From assembly GCF_023055435.1 (NCBI RefSeq), contig NW_025963791.1, forward strand, positions 41,478,001 to 41,542,000: 64,000 nucleotides of DNA. The letters run 5' to 3'. Below, in pieces: positions 26,560 through 47,600 of this stretch. Source of the DNA: Haliotis rufescens (Eukaryota). The notes beneath the pieces were generated by a model. That model was not told the DNA's origin. It did not search any database and saw only the letters and a program-made list of their open reading frames with translations. The stretch's first letter is position 1. The number at the start of each line of letters is the position of its first letter. The position numbers were made by a program, and so were the translations under genes.

Positions 26560-26960
26560 CTGTCACAGACGTCGTCTCACGCTCCCAATAAGTGTCTGGA
26601 TGGTTGCCAAGGGAAGATTGTTTCACTCTTCAGTAAGAGCATTGCCGAGTTCATGTAGAGTTGCCGGAAGGTCAGGGCGTCTTGAGAGGGCGATCTGCAG
26701 CTCGTTCCACACGTTCTATCGGGTTGAGGTCTGGTGACCGGGCTGGCCACTCCATGCGGACAGTGGTCTCCTGCCGTAACAATTCCACACTCGGGAAATG
26801 ACGCTATTTCAGTCCTCGAGTGTTCTGGCAACCTGTGACAGTGGAGTGGTCATGTATGTGACTATCGCTCATCTCAAGGACTCTCCGCTGCCCTCGCTCA
26901 CAACGATACGGCCTTGGAGGCAGTGTGCGTTAATATAACCACCTGACTGAACTTCGTTTC
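26560..26960 (-). pseudogene. Tc1-like transposase fragment
   Basis: On -: MEWPARSPDLNPIE then a frameshift to NELQIALSRRP...ELGNALTEE*; Tc1 WPxxSPDLNPIE motif. Confidence 0.88.
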
Positions 26961-27237
26961 TGTTCAGTAGCATTCCACTGTGACACAAATGAACGCATAC
27001 ATACGACGACTCACTTGATCTGCAGGGCGCATTTCGTCACAGTGGTACAGTGAACACTTCTAGAATCTTAACATATTTCAAAACTAAATTCTGTCGTTCC
27101 CTTAATTTTGTTAAGTCTACATGCAAATTGAATTGATATTATTATTCCACACTCTACACCTTAGTTTCCTTCTTGTGTCTTGTTGACAATGTACCAAGAT
27201 GGAGTGTTATTCATGTACTGATTATGTAATCATCTGA

Positions 27238-27803
27238 TTATACGACCCCGACCTGAAAGGGATGGAGGTATATAGTTATACCAAAGACGTATCTATATAC
27301 AGTTTTGAGTGTGACCACTATCTATACCAATAGGGGAGGTACAGTGCGATGTTTGATTTCAATATTTGGATTTTCTGAAAACAAATACTGCTATTTTTCA
27401 TTTTTTTTACTCAGACATTTGTGCGACCTATAACTTGAAAACGACTGCATTGATCCTTTAAGATTAAGGGAACAATTTCCATACTAATAGAAGAGGTGCA
27501 GTGCAAATAACGATTTTGATATGGGGATTTTCTGAGAAAATATGAATGTTTACGTTTTGAACTTAGAATGGTTTTTTTCTTCAATATTTTTAAGACCTAT
27601 AACTTGAAAACTACTACATGGATTTTTTTCAAATTTAAGAAACACTTTATATACTTATAGGAGAGATGCAGTGCAAAGTCTGATTTCGATAAGTGGATTT
27701 TCTGAACAATATTGTTCTTCAGCTGATGTTGGAGTCGAGGTCGTGGGTATGAGTGAGTCGAGGTCGTGGGTATGAGTGAGTCCTGCTCATTGTTGGCCTT
27801 GTT
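27238..27803 (+). mobile_element. Non-autonomous Helentron/pearl-like element with internal tandem subrepeats
   Basis: Starts ttatacgacccc; ~170-bp internal subrepeats (gacctataacttgaaaac; gtgcagtgcaaa); ends with duplicated gagtcgaggtcgtgggtatgagt then gccttgtt. Confidence 0.55.
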
Positions 27804-28777
27804 TCTATACATTTAATGAATATACAACATGAACAAATATACGTCCAATTCTATATATTTGTTTCATTTACAATACACAACAAATATGTATAAAAGTAAT
27901 ACAAATGCTTCTTCTTGAGTCATGTCAATACCTTCAGGGTAAACTCAACAAATCTCTAAGGCCGGCAATCTGTTGACAGCCCTTGAAAGGTATGAAGCTC
28001 AAAAATGAAAGATAAACAAATGACAAGCCATTTCTGGGAGTGTGTGAGAGGTATTGCTCCACTCTCAGGAGGGAACATCAGAAAACGGTTTTACACTGTA
28101 GACCTATGTGTAGCATCAAATCCAGGTCCTTGGTATAATGAGAGATCATTTAACCACTGGGCTGCCCTGCGCACAAACACAGCTTTGTACAGGGACAAGC
28201 CAGATATGCCATTAAAGGATACATCAGACACATTCTCACTGTTAAAAGAAACGCGAATACCATACATGTTGGTTCATATGTGAAGAATTACTCATATTTA
28301 GGAGATATTAGATTGGTTCAATGGACAAACAAACATTGTTATGGTGTGTGAACTGACGCTCTTAAACGCATCACATGACGTCATAGATCCTTGACTTGAG
28401 ATGCACCATTTGTCTCGTGGGGGATTAGCCTGTAAACTTTGGAAATCACGTGCAGCATATCGTGATAAGAATAAAGATACTGTGGTATCACTTGACTGAT
28501 GGTTAGTTTTGTCATTAAGCGGTACACACTGGAAACATGTCTTCTTAACATACATACTTCTCTCTATGTTTCTATGGTTTGCGTTTCTTTTGGCAGTGAG
28601 TATACAATAAATAGAGGCCAAAAATATAAGATATTCTTCAAATGGATATCACATAAACATGAATTTCAAAAACATACAAGTACAAGTATGTTAACAATTC
28701 TGTGACCGTTAACTAAACTTGAAAGTAACAGAAAAATAAAACTATACTAAATCTGAGGGACTGGTTCAGCATGTGCG

Positions 28778-29010
28778 TTTGTTGTTTAACACCGCACTCA
28801 GCAATATTCCAGCTATATAACAGCACCTAGTAAATAATCAAATCTTGAGCAGATAATCCAGTGATTTCTGTAACGAGCAACAATCCATGCCGGGCTTGTT
28901 GACATGCCATCAACCAAGTCACTGAGTCTCACCACCTGATCCCTAGAGTTGCCTCTTACGACCAGCATACGTTGCAAGGGCTGATTTCTAACCGGAATCC
29001 CCATGGGTTG
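28778..29010 (-). mobile_element. SINE-like family B, diverged
   Basis: Reverse complement aligns to 12867-13138; single-hairpin variant. Confidence 0.85.
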
Positions 29011-30577
29011 ATTTGGCTCAGAATGTACAATCATGACATAAGTAAATGTGAAGGATGCAAACATGTTTATCTGTTAAATTCTGACATAATAAATATCCAA
29101 TCATATCCTAGTTTCAGAAAGCCATAGTTTCAAACACCTGTAAGTATACATAATGAGTGTTCGACACCATTGTTCATTACCAACTGGTCCACAGCATATT
29201 CCAGACTAGTGGTTTGTGTAAAATATCTAGATATTGGGGAAAAAACAAGCAATCCCTCTATACTTAACTAGTCTTGAACTGTTGCAGGCTAGCAGCTGTG
29301 CTTAAGCCTGATAATACAGTAGCATTTGCTTTAGGATTGTGGCTTAACCTGCCGCCCCCAAACAAGCACACACACCTATAACAAGCATATACACAGAGTT
29401 TCCTATTTGGTCATGTTAGAATCATGTTAATGGTGACAGGGGTCTTCTTGTCCTTGATGTTTTGGGCCACAGAAACAGTGTTGCAGCACATTAGTATGTG
29501 TAATAAACACTGATTTTGGACACTAGAAAGTTTGGATCAGGTCTTCTGAGTGCTAGATTTAGACACTTTCATATACTGTTAGCAGAATATTACATATGTT
29601 ATGAAAGAGCATTAAACAGTGTGATAGCACAGGTTTTCTCCTGGCTCCGAAATTGAGAAATTATACTTTTCAAAAATTGGGATTTTTTTTTTTAATTCAG
29701 CAACATTTTTTAATTGCATGCAATAAAATAATGCACAACTACGAATAAATCTTTTTATTCATTTCTGTGATCAGTCACCTTTGCAAAGTTAAAATAATTA
29801 ATATTAGTAGTTTATAATTTCAAATTGGACATTTATTGTAGACCTTGGCCAAATATTGTCCTCTGTGATTATCTAGATCAATCACTGCATGTGTTCATGA
29901 ATATGGCTGCCCAGTAGTGCAAAAACCAATACTTATGGTCAGATGGTATTTCAACTCAACTATTGACATACATGTATTGATATGCATGGTCCTGTGACAA
30001 ATGCGTCACAAAGCCTGTTTAACATATGGTCGTGTTACCACTCATCTCATGCTCTCTCACACGCAGACACACATGCATGTGCACAAGCATATGCACCTGC
30101 ACATACTTGTGCACATGCGCACACACACACACAGGCACATACCTGCACACACACATACACACGAGTATCATCCCATATCATTAAAATCAGATCTTACTTT
30201 TCGCTAACGCTAAACAAAGACCTGAGAACCACCTCTTACAGATCACATCAAGACAAACTTTCATTTGACAAAGCAGAACTTCGTTTACCAGATCAGGAAA
30301 GTGACTGTCGGAATGTGTTTCCTAATCATGCAACCTCAAAAAGGTTAACATTGGGTATTCTGAACGACAGTCTATCTCTTGCTTCACTGGGATAAATATT
30401 TTAAGGGAAGAGACTTTGCATAGCCCATGGGAAGTATTGCCTTACAACCTTGACCATATATTAGACATTCCAGAAAATTCTTTAGTTCAGTTTTCAAATT
30501 TTGAATCAAGAATTTTGTTAACATATTTTTCAAGTGAAGTCTGGAATGGAAGTCACCAGTTTGAAACTAATGCTGTA

Positions 30578-30687
30578 AGCTGCTCTCTGATTGGCTAATG
30601 TCAACTTCTTCTTAGCTGCTCTCTGATTGGCTAATGTCAACTTCTTATTAGCTGCTCTCTGATTAGCTAATGTCAACTTCTTCTTAG
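30578..30687. repeat. 36-bp tandem repeat x3 just downstream of the ANKRD54 stop
   Basis: Unit agctgctctctgattggctaatgtcaacttcttctt. Confidence 0.92.
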
Positions 30688-30790
30688 TGATTTCATTGGT
30701 CAAAGTTGTGAAAGGTTGTTACGATGTGACCTGTAATGATCTTTGTTTAGCAGTAGTGAGCACTAGGATCTGCCTTTAATGAGATTGGCA

Positions 30791-38227
<7,437 letters not shown>

Positions 38228-38604
38228 TCCTGCTAATAACTAACTGGTTCTAAATTTAATAATAATATTGTAGCCCCAGGTCTTCGGAATAGTTGTCACA
38301 TATATGAACAGCGCTTATCTCCCCTTGAATTCTTTTGTCGCTTACAAAAATAAAGCGAACTAAATGTATGTAATAAGCTGTTACTATGCAAAAATGGTAC
38401 ACAATGTGAACATAAGTCTATACGACTCGGTAGTTCTATTGTTCAAATGCAACCTATCTGCTGTTATGTATAAGAAATAAATTTGAATTGATGTAAGGAA
38501 CACCCGGAAGTTTACATTCTGAAGTTGACACGTGTTTTCGTGCAATCACGTTGTTGAAAGATTTATGGGTCTGGGACTTTGACGTTATGTTCAGTTTCTG
38601 AATA
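38228..38604. promoter_or_regulatory. Putative bidirectional promoter of ANKRD54 and ALG1
   Basis: Only 377 bp between divergent ATGs; ETS-type ccggaagt near 38504; E-box cacgtg near 38529. Confidence 0.75.
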
Positions 38605-41600
38605 ATGTTATATACGTTCCAACTTTTGTTTTGGTTTCCGTTTATATTGGTATTTCTATACCTACTACTAAATTATGTTGTTAAAGGGAAAAAAGCAGCT
38701 TGCGTTGTTGTACTTGGGGACATCGGACGTAGCCCACGGATTCAGTACCATGCAATATCACTCGCAAAGGAAGGATACATGGTGGACATCGTGGGCTATG
38801 GAGGTAGATCACAAACAGATCATTTGTTTTTGCTTATATTTGACTTCGATTCTATCATGTCTATCATTATGTGTTTGTCGATCCATATAACTATCGATTA
38901 ATTCAATTAAATCATAATGTATAGATTTTGCATTAAAACGAACATTTATAATGATTTTGAGTTTCATATTTTAAGTATGTTTGCAAGATTTACCTTGCAG
39001 TTTATGAACACAATAAAAATATATAAATCGTCTGTTACCAGTTTGAGCGTAAGGCAGATCACAGGACCATGTAATTAATAATAATAATAAACAAATTCGC
39101 AAAAAACTCGTAGACAAGCACTTTGGCCTTGTCTGCAAGTTTGTTTGTTATTAGTATTCGTTACATGGTCCTGTGGGTTGATGCATATTTCATAGCTAGG
39201 AATGCCAACATAACATGTAGGTGGCCTAGGGGCATAATCATGATAATTGGACCGCTTTGGCAGATTATGCAGTGGATTCTTTTGGGAAAAAACAATTCCC
39301 CTGGACACTTTGGGTAAAATTTCTGATGTACCCTTTCATTAGTAGACCCTTTGGGTATTATAAACTCTAGGACATGGACTGATTGTTATCTAAAATGTTC
39401 TGAAAGGTTTGTTTTTTTCAAATTTGGTCATGATATAGAAGCATGTCCCAGCCAAAGTTGATAAAAACTGAACATGTCCTAATAGTAGTACCAATCATCT
39501 CTTGCAAAATACTGCTTTCACTTCAGTATACTGCAGTATATATGTTACAGGAAACAAGTATAATCAGTGATTAAGTCTAATGACTGAAAATTTCAGTGAT
39601 TATGTCTAATAACTGATTCACTCGGTGGTTATGTCTAATTACTGAAATCTTCAGTAATTAGACATAATCACTGAAATGAACCAAGGGATTTTATACTTGT
39701 TTACTGAAAGCATATTCCTGCCTTGTTTTTATAATGTGTGCTAGTTTTGAAATTAGATTAGCTATCAAAGTAAATACAACCTCCTGTAACCAGATACCTT
39801 ACACAAAAATCACAGAAATAAGCTTAAACAGTTCAATCTTTTATTTCATAAAATGGTATGACGTGAATGGTATGACAAATAGCAGTCAGATGGACACTCA
39901 GGAATGTTTGTTTGCACATGAAAGACTTGAATGACATCTAGAATTACATTGCATCTTGGCCTTAAAACATTTGCAGCGATTGGTCTGACACCGTTTAGTT
40001 CCAACACAATTACACCTTACAAAGCCTTGACCACCACAGACTGAGTCAAGTTGAACCGCTTGACGCAAAGAGAGTGTTCAATCGGTATTGAAATCGTCAG
40101 CATTATACAGTTTGGTTTGGTTCAGTAATTAGACATAACCACCGAGTGAATCAGTTATTAAAATAATCACTGAAATGTCCAGTTATTAGACTTAATCAAT
40201 GATTATACTTGTTTCCTGTAACATATGTTTTGATTTCTATGGACAACTAGCGAAGCCTTCTCAAATGTTGTTACAACACATGATTCTGTTTGTTTACAGG
40301 AGATTGGCTTAGGACAAGATTATGAAGCCTTCTCACAAGTTATTATAAAAAGGCAGGGATATGCTTTCAGTAAACAAGTATAAAATCCCTTGGTTCATTT
40401 CAGTGATTATGTCTAATTACTGAAGATTTCAGTAATTAGACATAACCACCGAGTGAATCAGTTATTAGACATAATCACTGAAATTTCCAGTTATTAGACT
40501 TAATCACTGATTATACTTGTTTCCTGTAACATATATACTGCAGTATTACTACATTATGTATGTAGCTCAGTACTTGTAACTTCATTTTTTTAAACATGAA
40601 GGTTCGGATCCACATAAACAAGTAACAGATGAAAAGAACATATCAGTTCACACAATGATGGAACCTCCCGCTCTATTCAGAGGTAAGGCATGCCTTTGTC
40701 ATTCTCATCATCATGATATGCATATGTGCTGCAGTGATACTATTGATCTTGTCATTGTTTCCATGATGAGTTTGAAAGTAATGAGTGAGTTAAAATTATA
40801 TATAGCAAAGGCAATGTAAGAGAGCAATCTAGCAAGTAGTTCCTGCTTTTCTTCATATGAAGACAGTCAGTAAGCCAATTATGCATTAAAAGAAATAGAT
40901 AGAAGGATATTTGTGACAATTCGTTCCACAAGACTTACCAATGATAGAGTGCCATGAATATGTCGAAGCTGACATATTGCACTAATTTGCAAAGTTTACA
41001 AAACATAATACAGAGTATTCGAAGAACTGTATAAATCCTGCTTTTTCACTGTGGATGTGACCCATGAAGATATGGATTAGAATAACGCAATTTGTCTACT
41101 GCATCCCATGCTTGTCGTAAGAGGCGACTAACGGGATTGGTTGTCAGACTCACTGACTTGGTCGATTCATGTATCGTATCCCAATTGCATAAATCGATAC
41201 TCATGATGTCTATCACTGTATTGTCTGGTCCAGACTTGATTATTTACAATATTGCAGACAGCTGTCACATAGCTGGAATATTGCAGAGTGCAGCGTTTAA
41301 CAATAAGCAAACAAACTGTGGATGCTCACTGGATGAACCATTATGACATGGAATTTGTTTCTTTCAGTGTTTCCAAGAATCATAGGCTATTTTCTGAAAG
41401 TCATCTGGCAGTCAGGTGTTCTAGGATTTACTCTTCTCTTGTTGCCCAAGTCTGGATATACACTGCTTCAGGTAAACAGCTTACCCATCGTTGTTTGCTT
41501 GGACAACACACGTACTATATGTTAATCTATTATCTGGTTCCACATGTCTTGAACTCAGTTAACTGTAACGTCAGTGAACACATTCAGTGAAAGTACATTT

Positions 41601-44600
41601 GTTATGGTAAGGGTGTAAACAACTACATTTTTTAATCAAATTGATTACATTACTCTTGTCATGCAGGGTCATGGAACTGTAGTTTATATTGGTTGGAATA
41701 TTTAAGGAATAACTTAAATATTTGTTTTGCATTTTGTGTTATAAATAATATTAATGAAAATTCTTATATATATTAGTCAACACCTATATCCACACAGACT
41801 GCTTATTACATCAAAAACATAAGATAACTGTAGATAACAACATGGAATCCGTGACAATGTTCAGCCCAATAAAGCAATACAAACCATGGCTGATATATTA
41901 TCAGCCAATCAGGAGACTGTAGTCTGTTAGTGGGCATGGCCTATTTTATGTTAGTTTTATTGAAACATAAATGCACAGGAAAATACTTGGTTTGCCAATC
42001 ACATGCCATGAAATCACTTGCGAGTTACTTATTGTACTATGAATCATAATACTTCAAACTTAGTCTTTTCAATTTGCCATTTAAAGTGACAGTTTGATGG
42101 TTACTTTGCAATCAGAAGTCAGGTTAGTGAAAGTAGATTCCTTCTGAGTAGCAAGACCCGTTGAAACTAACTTGCCAACATCGGATAAGTTTTCTAAAAC
42201 ATGGAGCTTTCTCACTTCTCATATTTTAGATGGAACAGTGCCGTCAGTCTTGAGATGGACAGGTTACTATCTATGGCACACAACTTTTCATGGTACTGAT
42301 TACTGATAACGACAATACGACTGAATATCTACCCGAGGCAAGGGAGTTAACAGACTGTAATGCTCCAGTTTCCACCCTTGCCGAACTAGGTTTCTTGGTT
42401 TGATTGTAGCGCAACCAGTGGCTATTATGAGTTATGTCCCTTCTATGTACCCCTTATTGACCAGTCAGAGTCCACCTCTCATATCACTTGCATTTGCTTC
42501 AAACAAAATGGTGTCACCACATGAAGGATTCTGATCGATAATCAAGATCTATATTGTAGTAACATGGGTCTTACTTCGCGTATTGCATCAAATCATGAAA
42601 AGATGTGGAAAATATCTGTAGACGCTATTTTGACGGATACATGCTTTGCAAATCCTGCAGCCGACCGAAATGTGCACGGTAGTTTACGAACCGGATGTCG
42701 ATTTGGATTGAAGAATGCATAGAGTCGTTAGTCAGGTCAAAATGTAACTCCATAATTCCAGCCTATTTCTGCAAGGGTGGAAACTGAACTTTTATAGTCG
42801 GTTAACTCCCTTGCCTAGGGAAGATGACAGCTGAATAACCCATAGCCCTCCAGCAGCATCTGTGGAATGCTGTCTGTGATGTCTCTGAAGGTTTGGTGTA
42901 ACAACTTATGGACAGACACTGTTCATGGAGATAACAGTCATTCTTCTGTTATGGTATGGCAGCCTACAGTCGGTTCTTGAGATGAGGTGTGTGTTTAACT
43001 GTTCTTCCTAGAACCCCCCGGCCATCCCAACTATTGCCGTCTGCTGGCTGGTGTCGCTGCTGAGATCCAGCCACCTGGTGGTGGACTGGCATAACTATGG
43101 GTACACCATCCTCAGCCTTAGTCTGGGCAGGTCCCATCCACTGGTGGCCTTCTCCAAGTGGTGAGCAGGTTTGGTTGTTTTCGACTTACATTCATGTCAA
43201 ATGTGGCAGTCTTTTGTTCAAGTTGGAAACATTTCAAATTTGCATGATTTAGGCTACAACTTGTTGTTAGGTATTAAGTGACCACAATCTTTTTTTATTA
43301 ATGTAGTTAGCACACAAGGTTAAAACTTCCATTAAGCACATTTTTACACCCAAACACAACATGGCTGCTTGAATGACAGATTTCCCCAAAGTCATTTCCT
43401 TTAACGTGTTAGAGCAATAGGTTGTCTTTTGTTATTTCTTAGTAGTCTTTATGTATAATAATGGGAAAGATCAGTTATATCTATATTTCTCTTACAATTA
43501 TATCCAGTGTTTGACATAGAAAATAATTGCCAGGCTGCCATCAGGACTTTAGAAGCTGTAGGCCCGGACTGAACTCTCCAGGCCCTCATTTAGAAAACTG
43601 CAGCTTACTGTGACAGAGAAATACGCACACAAATTTACTGCAGGACATAAGGACCCAGGCTTGTTGTCAAGCAAGACAAGGTGACAACGGTATAAGGATC
43701 TATACCGAAACGTCACTTTTCACAGTATTAAAGAAGTTGTTATCCATAATATTGTGTCTATCTTGTCATCCGTCAACTTCTAAGTAATGCCTATCAAACA
43801 ATTTAACAGACACGAGATGTACATGTACCTGCCACAGGCTTACGGACAGGTGCTTATTTCAAACACTGGTTATCTCTATAGGTTTTACTGGCAATCGAAT
43901 TGGGATTACACTTTAGAATAAAACAATCCTTTCTTTGTCTCAGGTATGAAAGATTCTTTGGAAGATTTGCACACTCCAATCTGTGTGTGACGGACGCCAT
44001 GAGGAAGGACCTCCACGATAACTGGGGTGTGAAGTGAGTGGGGGGAATCTCCGAGTGTGGGATGCTGGTTGTGAGGGCCACTGCCATAAATTTACAAATC
44101 TGCATAAAAAAAGTGTAATCAATTTATGATGTAAGGATCTTTAGAAATTGAGTACTGGAATTATTAATTTGTGAATGGATGTCTGTTTTTGCATAATAAT
44201 TGGTAAATTACAGTATCTATAAAATATGTATTATAATCCATTGGTAAACTAAACCTTTGTGCGTATTCATTTCCTTCGAAATTCACTCTAGCCTCACTCT
44301 AACTGACAGGAAATGTAAACAAGCTAAACATTTAAGTTACTCAAGGAGGACTAGCTTCAAACTCTGAGGATGAGTGAAATAAGGTTTATACTAGTTTACA
44401 CTAGTCCTCTGGACTGGTATTAAAAAGGGCCATTAACACCAGGCTTGATAACCCGTTGATGAAGGTCTGTGTAATTCTCACAGAGCAGTGACGCTGTATG
44501 ATCGAGCACCACAGAGATTCCAAGCAACCTCTGTCTCCACTAAGCATGACCTCTTCTCCAGACTGTGTCGAGAATACCCTGTATTTGCTGCGGAGTAAGT

Positions 44601-47600
44601 AAAATGTCCGTTTCCAGATGTGAATGAGATTTTGCGAATGCTGATGTTCCTAGGTTGAAGAGTGACACTTTTATCCATGTTAACACAGTTAACACATATT
44701 CCAATTTACTTTCCCAAATTGTCTGTTTTCAATTACCGTTTGACAAACAAGAAGACCTGACTGGGCTCTGTCTAGTCTTTATGTGGCAGTAGCATAACAC
44801 AAAGATAAAAATAGTTTGCTTTGTTATGAAAATTATAAAGGGATTAAGAGATGAGCGTTCATCTAATATCAATATTTATCATTTAACTTAAGCATTTATC
44901 CATGACATAAGCTTATGACATAAAAACATGTATGTCATACCCCAATGACATAAGTATGCAAATTAGATATGCAAATTAGATAACCGGAAGAGCGAGCGGT
45001 TTGATTTGAAACTATATATTATAAGTTAAGTTACACCAGAGATATAATCAGATTACACAGAATCGTTGTTGTTACCGTTATTAAAGTTTCAATTATTCTG
45101 CAAAAGTCTGTTCAAGTATTTTGTTTAAAATAATCCGAGGAACTTTTTTTCTCAGCGAATTGTTTATTTTGGTTTACATGGCTATGGAAAACATGTATCA
45201 CTACGCACGATCTATACGTAAGATTTCGACAAGTTGCTGATGTTAATGTTTAATGCAATTATTCCTTAATTTGGAAGCAAAAATGTGAAAATGATAAATA
45301 GAATTCATCACTCGTGTTTTTTAATATGGGAAATATCAACCTCGTCCCGTTAATCGGTATTTGCCTCGCCAAAGCCTCGGCAAATACCGATTAACTAAGA
45401 CTCGGTTGATATTTCCCATATTAAAAAATACTCGTGATGAATCCTCTATGAACATTATTGATTAACAAATTTCAGGAAAGCCTTAACATATTCAACCAGT
45501 CACAACTGAAACAACTCGACTGACAAATGACAATGTGCAAAGAAATTCTTAGAAAACACATGGAGATCATAAGTCAGTCATTGCACTGTGCAGGTCACCA
45601 GAGGGTCCAGTATTTACCAGCAGAGGCGAGTTGGGTGTGGAGGAGCGGAGGTCAAGGCCGGCACTTCTTGTCAGTAGTACGAGCTGGACAGGTGAGTAGC
45701 TGTACCTGCCCATGTGTGTTTGTTGCCAGGGTTTGGGGGAAATATTATTTTTTGACTGACTGTTGAACTGCGATATATTTTAACCATCGCTGTGTCAGAA
45801 TCTGTCAATACCTATGATTGTGGGCTCGCTTTCCCGTGCTTGTAGGTTTCACCAAAGTGGTAAACTTCTGAGACCTGCATCACTTCAAGCTTTCCTCCCA
45901 AATTATGCTGTCAAGCTGTGATATAATTGGAATACTGTTCAAAGCACTGTTAAACCAAACTCACTCACTCTCATAATCTCTCAAAATTAAGACATCAGAT
46001 ATCAGCTTAATGAAGTTTTACTTCGACCTTTGTTTATTGCATGCCAAGTTTATTGCTCATAAAGGAAGTATGTTATAATGGTGTGATATTTCTTATTGCA
46101 GAGGATGAAGATTTTGGTATCCTGCTCAGTGCTTTAGAAAGTAAGTCATTACCTTACTTTATCATACTTTATCTCCTATCGTGATTCAATAAATATGCAA
46201 ATGAGGTAACCTAGAAGAAACTACTTCTAGAAAACTTCATACAACCTGCCTTGATAAACTATTGCTGAATGCTATCCATTCATTGAGACAGGGATGTGCA
46301 TATTTCCTCAAGAAACATAGATGCAAAGTCAGTTGTTACTATATCCTAAATAGGGCAGTTCATGCTAACATTGTATTCATAGGTGGTTTCTAAATTTACA
46401 GCAGTAAGTGAAAATTGATTATAATAATGTCATTATTATCCCTTGTCCGTCCGTCCGTCAAATTTTCGCAAAACTATTTAAGTCAGAGAAATAAAATTTT
46501 ACACAATGAGTTAGAAAATTGGTGTAAATATATTTTTAACAGAGTTGTGGCCCTTGCTCCATGTTTTTTAACTTTGTGGAAACTGCATGAAATGGGGACA
46601 AGTTTTCTCAGAAACAACTGAAGTTACATGAATGAAAGCTTGCATGCTTATCTAAAACATACTTGTCAAAACTGTGTTTGAAAAATGGTGCTGTAAATTT
46701 TGTGTGTGCAGAGTTATGGCCCTTGCTGCATGCTTTTCAACTAAGTGCATAGTGTCTGCCATTAATTGTTTTCCAGAGAAGGCCCGTGTATTGTGTGTAT
46801 TAATTTCACATGGAATCATTTTTTTCTGATGACAGCCCAAGTGCCTTTCTCTTCTTAAGGCTTTATAGGATTCGTTTTTTTATAGTTTATATTCACTATT
46901 TTAATGATGGGCATAGTTTTCTTGTTTAATAAAGAGACTACGCTTGTGTGTTTGGTATCATAACATCCGATATTCAAAATATATAGATGAGGAACTTAAG
47001 AACAACCTGAGAAAAGTTACGATATTGAAACAATTTGGCTAATATCCATGTTTTAAGAAAAATATATTTGCTTAATGTTTCCAAATACATTTAAAAAACC
47101 CTCCCAAGTAATTAGTCATTAGGGGAATCCAGAAAGCATGAAGTTGGCAAATACTCCAGAACTGTTATTTGCCACTTGTAAACAAACATCATATGTTCTG
47201 AATGATCTTAATTATGACATTGTAAAATTGAAAAAAAAGTGAATTTCTATGCCTGTTGTCAATTCTAAATGCAGAATACGAAGAGGCCGTATCAACGAGG
47301 TCCTTGCCCTTACCTGACCTGATCTGTGTGATAACAGGTGAGCTGGTCCTATTGTCACATTATCATGACTAATGTCTGTAGGGTTTACTCCAGTGTCCAC
47401 CTGTTCAATGGCCTGTCTATGTGTAAGACACGTGAAAGCAGTGGGCACTACATCTTCTCGAGGCAAGGGAGTCAACTGACTATGAAAGTCCAGTTTCCAC
47501 CCTTGCCGTCCTGGAATTATGGAGTTATATTTCGGCTGGAATAACGAGTCTATGCATAATCTAATCAAAATCGTGTAACGAAATCGACATCCAGTTCATA

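Noticed and set aside
29982-30395. His/Thr/Ala-rich 137-aa ORF
   Set aside because: Translation of a degenerate CA-rich microsatellite.
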